In this document: positions 25,581 through 37,511 of the stretch, piece by piece | How the letters are laid out: every line of letters starts with the position of its first letter | How positions within the stretch are numbered: the first letter of the stretch is position 1 | Source of the DNA: Eledone cirrhosa | Taxonomy: Eukaryota | Assembly: GCA_964016885.1 (NCBI GenBank) | Contig: OZ024743.1 | Span: 316,944,001 to 317,008,000, forward strand | Length of the DNA stretch: 64,000 bases | Direction: 5' to 3' | Notes under the pieces: model-generated | Database searches by the model: none | The model's input: only the letters and a program-made list of their open reading frames with translations | Told to the model about the DNA's origin: nothing | Made by a program: the position numbers and the translations under genes

Positions 25581-28220
25581 GCTATTATGTTTCCTTCCGT
25601 TGTATTGTATGCCTACGCCATCTTTATTTAGTCTGTTTATTTATTTATTTATTTATTTATTTTTTTGTCTTCTCTGCGCATGCATTTGTGTGTGTGTATA
25701 GTGTTTGATGTGTGTTCGTGTTTGGGTGACTGTGTATTGGTTATTGTATTCTATCTTAGTTTACTAGTGTGTGTTTATATGTGTTTGTTATTGTGCTTGT
25801 GTATGTATTTATTTATTTATACTTCTCATAGGTCAGTATTGTTTGTTTGGGTGTTGTTATTCCATTCATTTTTTCTGTTTAGCCTTGGCCTTCTAAGTTC
25901 TATTTCGCTCGCCTCTCTGATTTGCCTATCTGCTGGGTCATTTCTATGTTTAGATATTATTCTAATTTCTATGTTATCTATGTTACCATCGTGTTGTTGT
26001 CTGGCATGTTCGTATAGTACTGAACCGTTTTTTTCATCCTTTTAGTTTCCCCAGTGTTGGTCTATCCTTTCACCTATGCTACGAGCTGTCTCACCTACGT
26101 ATGTTGTTGTCATGTTTCTGAAAGTACCCTCTGTACATCTTATGCTATAGACTACGTTTCTAGTTTTACAGTTTATCCGGGGGGTTTACTTTACATATAA
26201 TACATTTCCTATTAGTACAATGGGTTTCCTTAAAAGGGTAGGTTTTGCTGATCAGGGATTTTATGGTGGTTCCTGGCTTTTCTACCACCTTAATCTTTAA
26301 GTGGGTCTTTCTCAGGGCCTTTCTACACTGGTTAGCTAATTTCCCTCCAGGGGTAGTGTCCACAAACATGACACTCTGGTATCTCTGGTTGTCGTACCAT
26401 GAGGTGGCTTTCCCTATCTTATGTCTAGCCCTATCTAAGCTATTCCATGATTTGCTCCTGTATAATGGGCAAATTCCTTTCATGTCCAGTTCTATGAGGG
26501 TCTTATACTTCTCCGTGGCTCCTTCGTATACTCTGATTCTGTCTCTTTGGTTGTAGCCAGAGAACTGCATGCAGTTGATGAAGTGTTGGATGTGTCTTTC
26601 CATTTCTGTTGGGTCGCACATGCAGGACACGTTCTTCATCACTCGTACCAAGTCTGCGATCAGAATATTAAACTTAGCACTACTGGACATTGCTGAGTTT
26701 TTGAGTATCAGGTATTTGGAGGCCATGGGTTTAGCGTAGTGTGAGTGGAGAATTTGGACTCTCTCGTCTATAGTGTTAATCCAGAGTTCCATGTCTAATA
26801 CAGGTAGTCTATTGTTAGGGTGTTTGGAAGGGTAGTCGATAGTTACAGTTATACTCTGGTGTATGGAATTAGCTATCTGCTGGATGCTTTCCATTGTGCT
26901 ACATTCTAAATCAAACTTGTTAGTACTCTCTTCTGGAGATGTCCCTATTACTATATTGATGTCGTCTACATAACGAGAGTACATGATGAGGTCTATGGAG
27001 CTCTCATGAAGGAGATCTTTGAGTCTCCTTTCCTACCATACCATAAAAAGGTTGGCAACGTCACCAGCTATGCTGACGCCAATGGCTGCTCCCTCATTTT
27101 GGGTGTAGATCTTCTCGTTGAATTTGAATATGTAGCCCTTTAGGGTAGTTTTGATACTAGCCCCTATTGCACGTGCGACCATTTTTCTTACCTGATCATT
27201 GTTTTGGGGGTCTGTATAGTTTTGGTCCACCCAATCCACCTTCCCATGGGAGTCTTTTTTGCCATTGAGGTTATGGTGGGAGGGGGGGGGGGTCTACCTT
27301 TTATGGATCTACTGGGGCAGAAACGTCTAAGGTCATGGCTGTCTAGATAGTCAGTGTCATAGGTAAGTCTAAGTAGGAGGCCCATTCGTCTGTGTCAACG
27401 TCGCAGAACTCCACCTCACTCTCAATGATCATCTCCACACATTTTTCCACAGCAAAATCAATGTTAATGAATGGGTACAGTGATACCACATCCCTACTGC
27501 CTATTATGCAGTTGGATAGGTTTTTGTTTTTGTTGCACTCACTGATTCTGCTGAGGAGGTCCTCTGTACTGTCACATACATCTGGGGACATCTTGATTAT
27601 GGGGTGTATAACCATTGAGAGGAAGTAGGAGATCCTGTAGTTGCTAGCTATATTTGCTCCGCATTCAGGTCTTGTTGGTGGTCCTGTTTTCGGGTCGTTG
27701 ACTGTCTTGTGGTCTTTGCGGAGCCCATACAAGGGTGGTATGCCATTGTTAGACGCCTGGAAGTTGTTGGCAGTGCGTCTGCTTGGCTTTAGGATGTCGG
27801 TCCACATCATCATGTAAGCGTTGAGGATTTTCTCTCTCCCATCATGTATTTGCTGTGCAATTTCGCTTGTGTTGGTGATGTGGGGTTGCATAGCCTTGAT
27901 GTAGTTCGGCATCCTGTCTATTGACATCCTACCAGACTTATCCGTGGGTAGACATACTACCTCACCATCCCTTGTGCGCTGCTTGAGGCTAACCAAGCCT
28001 TCTACAGGTTTCTTCCCAAGTTGTTGGACCTCTGGTCTGCTCTGTCTCTTAGTATACCGGTCTACTATTTGTCTAATCTTATTTCTAGCTATGGTGAACT
28101 GTGCCTCTGTCTCCTCATCTATTTATTGTGGTATACAAACCCTTTTATTAAAGGGTAACCTCGTAGGATAGATATTACCCATCTTATATGTTTTGTCAGC
28201 TGGATTGAAGAATAGTTTCT

Positions 28221-28690
28221 CTAAGGGGTTGTCATTATATCTATCGACATAGTTGTGTGTGTTGCTATTATTGTTATTATGGTTGTTGTTGTTGTTGTTC
28301 CTATCATTAACATTATTATTATTGTTATGATTGCTAGATGTATTGTTGCTGTTTTCTCCACCGTTATTGTTGTTGTTACTGTTATTTCTACTATTATGTT
28401 TCTTGTTTTTGTTGTTGTTGTGTCTATCATTAATGTTGCTACATGTATTATTTCTATTATTACCACTGTGGTTGTTGTTGTTACTCGTATTATTACCATT
28501 ATTACTACTGTGGTCGCTGCTGTTGTGTCTGTCGTTAATGTTTCTATTATTATTATTGTGGTTATTGTTGTTGTTGTTCTGTCTATCGTTAATATTATTA
28601 CCATTATTACTATTTCTCACTCTCCTGCTATTGTTATGACTATTACTATTATAGCTGTTATTTCTATACTCAGAGTTATTGTTTATATTA
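28221..28690 (-). repeat. (AAC/AAT)n low-complexity tract, Asn-rich 5' part of the Penelope ORF
   Basis: ORF 28123-28620 is poly-Asn with repeated INDRH-like units and lies upstream of the RT. A short RTE-type tail is inserted at ~28690-28745. Confidence 0.7.
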
Positions 28691-28817
28691 TGCTAGCGTG
28701 GAAGAACGGACGTAAAACGGTGATGATGATGATGATGATGATGATTACTACTATCGTTATTATTGTTTGTTTCGACACAGGATTTCATATCAAAAACCTC
28801 GCAAAACTAATTCATCA

Positions 28818-28869
<52 letters not shown>

Positions 28870-29189
28870 TATGTATGTGTGTGTGTATATATATATATTT
28901 ATTTATAAAAGCTTGTGTTAATATAGGTGGTCAGGTGCCATAAAACAAGGGGATATCTGAGCATCTACACTGTTTGCATTGTATTTCTCTATGGTTTTCC
29001 TTACGGCATTTAAGGACTGCATACATGGGATTTATATCAAGTAAATGTGGTTGGTGTTAGGAAGGGCATCCAGCCATAGAAAACCTGCAAGACATGGTCA
29101 CCCGACCAATCTTTCCTCAAGTGGGACAACTGCCGTCTAACCCATGCTAGCGTGGAAGATAGACATTAAACGATAATGATGATGATGAT

Positions 29190-31930
29190 ATTGTTCGGTG
29201 GGCAAGTTGTTTAACATCAGACAGTTTGCTGCCAAAACAAAAGTGTTCACTTCTTTAATACATAAATTTTTGTATGCAGCTCTTGCCCTGATTGATTATA
29301 TTTTGGAGGCATGCTGTCTGATAATTTGTCTGATAATTTGTCTAACCAAGACAGTTGTCATATATCAACTTGCTCCAGGCAAGAATTTCACTGAGCCTAG
29401 CATTTATGTGTGTGGCAAAACATTGAAGGTTGTGGATAAATTTGTGTATTTATGTAGCACAGTTAACTTGACAAACACTCTTGATGATGAAATTTTGTTA
29501 TGATTAAAGAAAGCAAGTGATTCTTTTGATAAATTAGATGGGCATCTCTGGTGGCATGGGATTTCCATTGATAGAAAATTAAAGGTGTACTGAATGTGTG
29601 TATTGTCTTCATTGTACAGTAACTGCTTCACTGGGAATTAGTCAAAAGCACACAACCAAGGCATAAACCAAAACTAAGGTATAAAGATTGCATCAAAAGA
29701 GCTTTGATAAAGTTAAAAATTAGGAAATGTAATTGGGAAGACATTGCCACAGATCAATCATCTTGAAGGAAAACAGGAATTTGAAAAATCTCATATGAAG
29801 CATGAAAAATTAAAGAGGGGTTTGTGTAAGGGTCTACACAATATTACTTTACTTGGATTTTCTGATGCTCAAAATGACTTTATGATCAATGTGTGGCTGG
29901 ATCTAGAACATCCCTACTTAACCGAATGGATTGTAACAAATCACATTATGAAGCTTTGTATTCCTCTGACACATGGCCATCATGTAACACTCTTCTGTCT
30001 TTGTGCCAACCCTACAGGCCAGTGAAGAAGTCTTTGATTTGTTACACGTCTCTTCTTGCTGTTATTGCATCCACACCTGTTGATAAGTTATTGTTTCTTG
30101 GTGACTTTAATCTTTGTATGAGTAAAGTTGGGGAACACCTGGTCTATTTGGTATTGGTAAAATGAATACAAGCAGCCCGAGGCTCAGAACTTAATTTAAC
30201 CATCTCCAGCATTATTTTCCAGCAAAAGCTCAACACCCAATTTCCAAGCATGATCACATGATTGACTTTATGATTACTCATAAACAAGATCTAAGTGACA
30301 TGTGCATGGTGTGTGTGTTGTGTAGTGCAGAATGTGATGCTGACCACAAATTAGTGTGAGGAAAGTTCATGATGAGTATCTGTAAAAAGATTCCTATTGT
30401 TTAAGTAAAAGCACTGAAATACATTGGCACCAAACTGAAGCAAATAGATATATGTGTAACCTTAACTGCAAGACTTGATAGTCTTCATTTTGATGGTACC
30501 TGGAAAAACTTTAGAAATCAGGTTTACTCAGTGCGAGCTGAGGTAATTGGTTTCAGAAACAGGAAACACCAAGACTGGTTTGATGACAACAATCCTAATA
30601 TCAATTAGCTACTGGAAACCAAGCATACACTTCATAAAAAGCTCTTGAATCAGAATCATGTAACACAACTAGCTGTTGAGAAAGCCTACAAAGATCACAA
30701 GGCAACATTGCAATGCAAACTACACAGGATGAAAAATGTGTGGTGGAAGAAATTTCTCTTTGGAAATTTAACAAGCTTTTAGTACCAAATTTTAAAGACA
30801 TTTTACTCGTGGATATGTCAAGTCTTTGGTCTACCAACATCTTCAGTAACCCCTTCTGAGGTCTAAATATGACATCAGTATCATAAAAGAGTCATAAAAA
30901 ATTCTTTAGCGTTGGGAAGAACACTTTACTGACTTATTTGACAACCTTTCAGCAATCGATTTGGGGTTATAGAGGGCCTTCCTCAATGTGAAATAATACT
31001 GCACCATATGGATAAACTTCTTTCTCCTGACAAAGTAAAACTGGCAATCAAACAAAGGAGTAAAGCAAGGTGATATTCCTGTTCCCACACTTTTCTCTAT
31101 CTTCTTTGCTGCTTTGATTATATACACTTTCTATGATTGTGATAAATTCATCCTTTTGCAGTTCAGAATGTTTAATGCTAAAACAAACATTTTTCAAGCT
31201 TTGATCAGAGAACTTCTTAGCCCACACAGAAGCTAACACAGCACCTTATGGGCTGTTTCTCAACTTTGTGTATGACATTTGGTCTTACACTCAGCTTTAT
31301 AAAAACCAAAGCAAGGTTTACACTTGCCCCTGGAGAACCATATACTGAACCCAATATCATCGGGCCAGGCTGAGAGTAGATGATATATTTGTCTACCTGG
31401 GCAGCACAATGTCAAGAGATAGCTCCTTAGATGCTGAAATACATCTGTGCATCCAGAAAGACACTGTTGTTTTTTGAAAATTGGAAAAGAGAGTTTGGGC
31501 TGATTGCGATATTACCATCAATACCAAGGTGTGTGTGTATAGAATGTATGTTTTGACTGCCCTTTTATGCTCCTCCAAAACCTGGACATTATACCATAAG
31601 CATATCAAATTGCTTGAGCATTTTCAGTAGAAATGTCTAAGATACATACTTAACATCAAGTAGCTAAACAGAACTCCTGACACTAATGTCCTCGATAGAG
31701 CAGAATGCCGAAGCATTGAGTCACTAGTAACATCTTCTCAAATGCACTGAACAGGATACATCGTTCACATGTAAGATAGCAGAATCCCAAAGTGACTGAT
31801 ATAGGTAACTGACGGGAAGTTAGCTCTAAATAGGGATGAATAGAGAAAGCATATAAAGGACAGTTGTAAAACTTTCAAAGAATGTCATCTAGAACATGAA
31901 CAACTCAAGCAACAACTCCAGATAGGTGAT
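29190..31930 (+). mobile_element. Old, rearranged RTE (BovB-like) LINE remnants
   Basis: GKLFNIRQFAAKTKV and LKVVDKFVYL (RT C-terminal part); LLFLGDFN, HMIDFMIT and DHKLV (APE); RKHQDWFDDN; second YLGSTMSRDSSLDAEI block. Many stops. Confidence 0.75.
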
Positions 31931-32160
31931 TTTTACAATCTTGATTAAAACATCAATAGCTGTTTTAAAATATTTATCATTACAGGATGTTAAGAGTTAA
32001 AATAGGCCTATGATATTGATTTCTCTCCTGACACAGCAATTTTGACATTTACACATGTGTGAAGATGTAATTTATTGAATCAATCCCGGATATATAACAT
32101 ATATATCATTACCATCACCATTTAATGTCCACTTTCCCTGCTATACCAAGTTTACTCTTG

Positions 32161-32197
<37 letters not shown>

Positions 32198-32343
32198 CTT
32201 ATATCAATGTACATACAGCAAGCAACAAAACTATATATTCAATGCCATTGCTACCATTAAAGTCAACTAGGTAGCTGCCGAGGGTGTGCAGACCTCAGAC
32301 TCTGGGGTTCATCCCATTATTTCTTCTCCTCAAAAGTCTTAAA

Positions 32344-32412
<69 letters not shown>

Positions 32413-32479
32413 CTTTGCCAGAATTAACTTGTTTGTATAATTGACTTAAATATATAATACACATTTTGTACACAAAGCA

Positions 32480-32760
32480 CAATAAACAGCTTTGTCAGGC
32501 AGCAAATTTACAAATATGCTGGCAGACAGGAACCACTTCTTGTGATGGTGAAAAGATGGAAGCTTGCCTGGTATGGTCATTTATCCAGCCACAACTCCTT
32601 GTCTAAATGTCTAAAACCATCCTTCAGGGCACAGTCAAGGGAGGGCAAAGGAAAGGCAGATAAAGAAAATCCTGGTCTGACAACATCAAAAACTGGACTG
32701 ATCACAACACACATGATAGAGAATAGAGATCAGTGGTGATGGCTGACTACGAAAGCATCT
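32480..32760 (+). mobile_element. RTE-type LINE 3' fragment
   Basis: AGRQEPLLVMVKRWKLAWYGHLS...TILQG...SWSDNIKNWT. Confidence 0.65.
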
Positions 32761-34699
32761 AGAGTGGCACTCCAATGACTGTTTGCACCATTTGTGGGAA
32801 TGTGACTGATTGATAGAATAATTTCACACAATGAGTAAATAAACCATGAAACATTTCTGCATTTTGGAAATATGCAAAACAGTGGAGAGGATCACATGAA
32901 TTTGTGTGGGTGAATATGGGTTGTGTAGTGGAAAATACAGGCTTAGTAATTTTCATAGGGGTGTCATTAAGAAATATGATCGCGAATGCAAGTGGCTGAA
33001 ATGGAGTTCCTCCGAAGAGTTTTTGGAGTAACATTACTTGATAGTGTGTAGTTTGGAGATCAGAGAGTCACTTCACGTAGAGACAGTACTTCTCCTAATT
33101 GAGAGATCACTGCTACAATACTCTGGGCAAAACCGACCGGCAAAAGACCCAGAGGTAGACCCCAAGCAAGATGGTTGGATAACATCCATGAGCTTGGCTG
33201 ATCTTGCTTGGGGATCCTGTTAGATCAGTTGGAGATGGTTGCTTCTTACAGGACCTGCTGGAAGGAGTGTTTGAGGACTCTGGCCCCTAAGACCTTCTCA
33301 GGAATAAGTGGGCGAAGAAGGACTAGAAGAAGAAGAGTGTCAGAGCAAGAAGTATCAATGACTAGGTTTGTCAACTTGTGAAACTGTAAGTTGAAATTAT
33401 TTTATTTGAGAGAATGGGGTGCATATTTGGTAGAAGAGAGTATATATTGTAGAGTTAATCAAATGTGATAAATACCCAGGTGCCAACTTTGTATTTATCT
33501 ATGATAGCTTTTCTCTTTGGTTATTATTGAAACATATATGAATCATCTCAACATCATTTCAAATAAGAAATGTAAATATAAATATTCTAAATTATTTTAA
33601 ATTAGCGACTAAAACTTGACTCGACCCATCTACATATTACTGGAGTCCCACCACTTCATGAAACCCCCACCATCTCACAAACAACCACTCTTGCTCCTGT
33701 AGTAGCTATTCTCAACATCCCTCTACGTCCATAACCCTATTCTATCCAGGCTCACCATTCACTCATCCTCCCATTCTACTCTAGGTCACCCCTCTAAACC
33801 CTGGTTCATCAGTCAAACCTCTACCTCAGTACCTATTATCACCATAGTACCTTCCACACTGGCAGAGAACTCTCCTCCCATCCACTCCGACCCTGTCAAA
33901 TCTCTTATATGGCACCAGTGCATGACATGCACCCATATCCCTGCACCCATGACATATACCCCACACCTGCCCATAAGATACAGAGGGCTCTTCAGTTGAG
34001 TCAATGATGACAACTTCTTTAGTGCCAGTGCCATGATAAATGCATCCAGTATACCCTGTAAAGTGGTTAGCAACAGGAAGGGTACCTTGCTGTAGAAACC
34101 ATACCAAAAAAATGACCAACAACACTCTTTAGTTGTGCCAGGGGCACCACAGCCTCTTTAGTGTTGGTGACTTGCAGGATAAACTCACCCAGTACACTCA
34201 GTAAAATGGTTGCTGGTAGGAAGGGCATCTAGCTGTGGAAAACTTGCCAGACAAAGAGTTAGGAAGACTCTTCAGCTATGCCATAGACATAACAGCCTTC
34301 CTATTGTTGGTGATTTACACAATAAATTATCACCCAGTATACTTCTGTAAAGTGGTTGGCGATAGGAAGGATATCGAGCTGTAGAAAACTTGCCAAACAA
34401 AGAATTAGGAAGATTCTTCAGATATGCCAAGGACATGACATCTTCCCTAGTGTTTGTGCCATGATAAAACATACCCAACCCTTGCCAGCAAGGAAAACAG
34501 ACGTTAAACAATAATAATGATGATGATGATACCACCTTTTTCCAGAGTAACAAAACTGTTAACCCTAGCTGATGCCTTAACAACAAATCTGCATATCCAC
34601 CTCCTCTACTTTATTTATCAATTCTGAAAGGATAAAAAGCAAAGTTGACCCCAGCATGGAGAGTTGGAAGAAATACCACTGATGTCCTAATGACTTTGA

Positions 34700-35030
34700 C
34701 AATTCACAAAAGGCATGGGCAGTGAATGCAGAGGATATATGAAAGCTGCAGAGAAATGAATCAAACATATTCCAATGGATGTGTAAGGTTAGTGAGCATG
34801 AACAATGGAGCATGGATGGACAAATAAAAAGAAACAAGGACAAGAGGAATCAGATGTGTGCAAGAGAGAAGATTGTGCTGATGTGGACATATGATGCATT
34901 GGATGATGATTGTTGTGTGAAGAAGAACCAAGAGATCTCAGTAGAAGTAAGCTGCAGTAGAGGAAAACCAGAACAGAAGAGGAAGACCAAGGCAGAACTG
35001 GCGAGAGCTGATCTCAAAACTACATGGTTT
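34700..35030 (+). mobile_element. Decayed RTE 3' fragment
   Basis: AWAVNAEDI..LQRNESNIFQWMC...DDDCCVKK; homologous to 17049-17495. Confidence 0.6.
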
Positions 35031-36158
35031 TTGTTAGAAAGGCTACATTTACACACACACACACATATGTGCATATACATAACCTAACAAAGGAACATAA
35101 TATAGAAAAGGAAACTGTGCAGAAAAAGATCCATTCAACCCATACAAGTTTGGAAGGATGGATGTAAAATGATGATGATATTTAAAAATCTTTGTTCGGT
35201 CAGTAATCGTAATCAGTAATCTGTACTGTTTACACCATTTTGTATAACATAGAGACTAATCTCTGGCAGATTAGTCTTGACCTCAACAGATTAACTCAGA
35301 TATCTCCTCCTCAATGTCAACTATATAATAGAAACAAAAACATAACAAATATAAACACCCACACACACTCATATATACACACACATATAAACATACTCAT
35401 ACATATACATAGACACACACATACAGATACACATATATATACACACAAACATACACACACATGCACATATATACACACATACACATACATTCACAAATAC
35501 ATACATACATACATACACATACACACCCACATAAGCATCAGAAATCATGTTTTCAACTACATTGTTTTAATTAAAAAGCTAGATATTATACACACATATA
35601 CACACACACATACATGCAAACATGCACACACACATGCATGCATGCACACATACACATACATTGATAGATGAATACATATAAAAACTTATTTGTATCACTA
35701 AACTTCTAATTCTTGATTATTTTGATAAATGAAACCCAGGCTTCAGTACTAAGTTTATCTATATAGACCTGTCCAACCCTTGCGAGCAAGGAAAGCAGAC
35801 ATTAGATGATAATTGTTTCTACTTTTGGCACAAGGCCAGCAATTACCCAGTGTATTACTGGTACTTTATTTTCTCGACCCCGTAAGGAGTCAAAGTTAAC
35901 CTCGGCGGGATTTGAACTCAGATCGTAAAGGGACGTAACTACGCTGGAAAGCATGTCTGACCCTCTACCAATACTGCCAATTCACCTGATAATGATGATC
36001 TATATTTTCTACAGAAAATTGTTACTGATGTAAATCATCACCATTTTTCTTGGATTCTAGATTTTACCCTAGTATTTTCTATCAGTAATCAACCCTTTTG
36101 ATAGAAATCTGGCCAAAAAATCAGCTCTGGTTCTATGAAACAAAATCACCCATTTTAA

Positions 36159-36367
36159 CCCTTAAGCATTTCAACTGGCTGTATCCGGCCAGAATTCTCT
36201 CACCTCTTTCTGTTCAAACTGGCTGTAACCAGCCGCTCAACTGATGTTAAGGTATTGTTCTCAAAATAAATAATATTAAAATCTCATAGATTCGATATTA
36301 TGTGAGATAATTAAGTGAGATAAAGCCATTATCGTGAAAGTACAATAGTAAAATAAATGCTAAAGGG
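36159..36367 (+). mobile_element. piggyBac-type MITE, 209 bp
   Basis: TTAA|CCCTTAAGCATTT...AAATGCTAAAGGG|TTAA: 13-bp TIR (1 mismatch) and TTAA TSD. Three copies in the window. Confidence 0.8.
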
Positions 36368-36599
36368 TTAAATTAAAATCTTCAACACAATCCTATATAA
36401 ATCATATATGTTACTATTTTAGTAATGAAATAATAGTTTTAGTAAATCCCTCAAAATGTTTCATTAATCAATTGAAATAGAGTATGTCATGAGAAATACA
36501 TTCACAAAAAGGTTTCATTTTTATTGTCTTGCTTCTTTTTTGAAAATAGTTTTAGCAATTTAGGCATCTCTTAAGAATACATCTTATTAAATACAGCTC

Positions 36600-36880
36600 A
36601 GAGCTGTATGGGAGCCTCCCAAAAGTCAGCTCAAAAGTGACACAGAGGAGACTGAGGTTAGCTGGACATGCTCACCGACATCCAGAGTTGACATTGCACT
36701 TAGTGCTCCTGTGGGAGCCCCTACATGTACACACTGGAAGAGGAAGACCAAGGTTAACATATGTTGATGCCCTAAAGACAGACACTGGTCTGTTGGAGAC
36801 GCAGGACATGGCAGCGATAATGAGGGACAGAGACCGCTGGAGAGAACTCGTCCATGGATCTCGGGAATTTTACCCGCCCT
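36600..36880 (+). mobile_element. RTE-like LINE 3' fragment (distinct family)
   Basis: QRRLRLAGHAHRH...LLWEP...RGRPRLTYVDALKTDTG...DRDRWRELV. Confidence 0.7.
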
Positions 36881-37511
36881 AGATAGATATATATATAATG
36901 AATCTTCACCATCATAATGTCCATCTTCCATGCTAGCATGGGTAAGACGAGCTGTCCATTTGTGAGGGATCAGGCCAGGTGACCGTGAATTCGCTCACAC
37001 AAAACCAATTTTGGCTTGGTTTCTACGGCTAGATGTCCTTCCTAATGCCGACCACATTTACAGTGTGTGCTGGGTGCTTTTTACCGTGTCACCTACGCAA
37101 CCACTTCACAGTGTAGACTGGGTGCTTTTTGTCGTGACACCTACACAGCCACTTGAATATGATTTACAAAAGAAACAAATTTATAGAAATTAATCAGAGG
37201 AAACAAAAATGAGAGAAAATATGTCCACCAAACATCCTACAACAGGGAATGTTGTTTTGTCCCTTTAAAAGCCAAGACACTCACAGTATTGACACATATA
37301 ATTGTGAGGATAAGACACTAAAATAGCCAAGCACCCCCATAAACATCAACTTGTATAACAGTAATCACAAAAGCTTCGGTGTTAGTGTCCTGGCTCCCCA
37401 AAATGTCTCAATGGTCACTGACTGAAAAATATTGATCAAATTGATTTACAAAATCTCAGACCTCATTGGCTTACCGAATGGGATGGAACTTGACAAATCA
37501 GTGTTTCCATT

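Larger units (their letters stand above)
25520..28810 (-). mobile_element. Penelope-like retroelement (RT + GIY-YIG), frameshifted
   Basis: ORF pieces 27343-27996, 27033-27239 and 26166-26984 carry PTDKSG, PPLYGLRKDHK, DVVSLYP, GAAIG..AGDVANLFM, RYVDD and LPVLD. After a frameshift comes NVVYSIRC...TYVGETARSIGERIDQH (GIY-YIG) at ~26050-26165. Confidence 0.9.

Noticed and set aside
28255-28908. 217-aa hydrophobic + strand ORF (and the 102-aa poly-Leu ORF) resembling membrane proteins
   Set aside because: Antisense reading of the AAC/AAT tract plus (GAT)n and (TA)n repeats.
36015-36101. Candidate final CFAP300 exon (KIVTDVNHHHFSWILDF...)
   Set aside because: Has an acceptor but no convincing YP/QTF/VDP/RH motifs, and it runs into a MITE.
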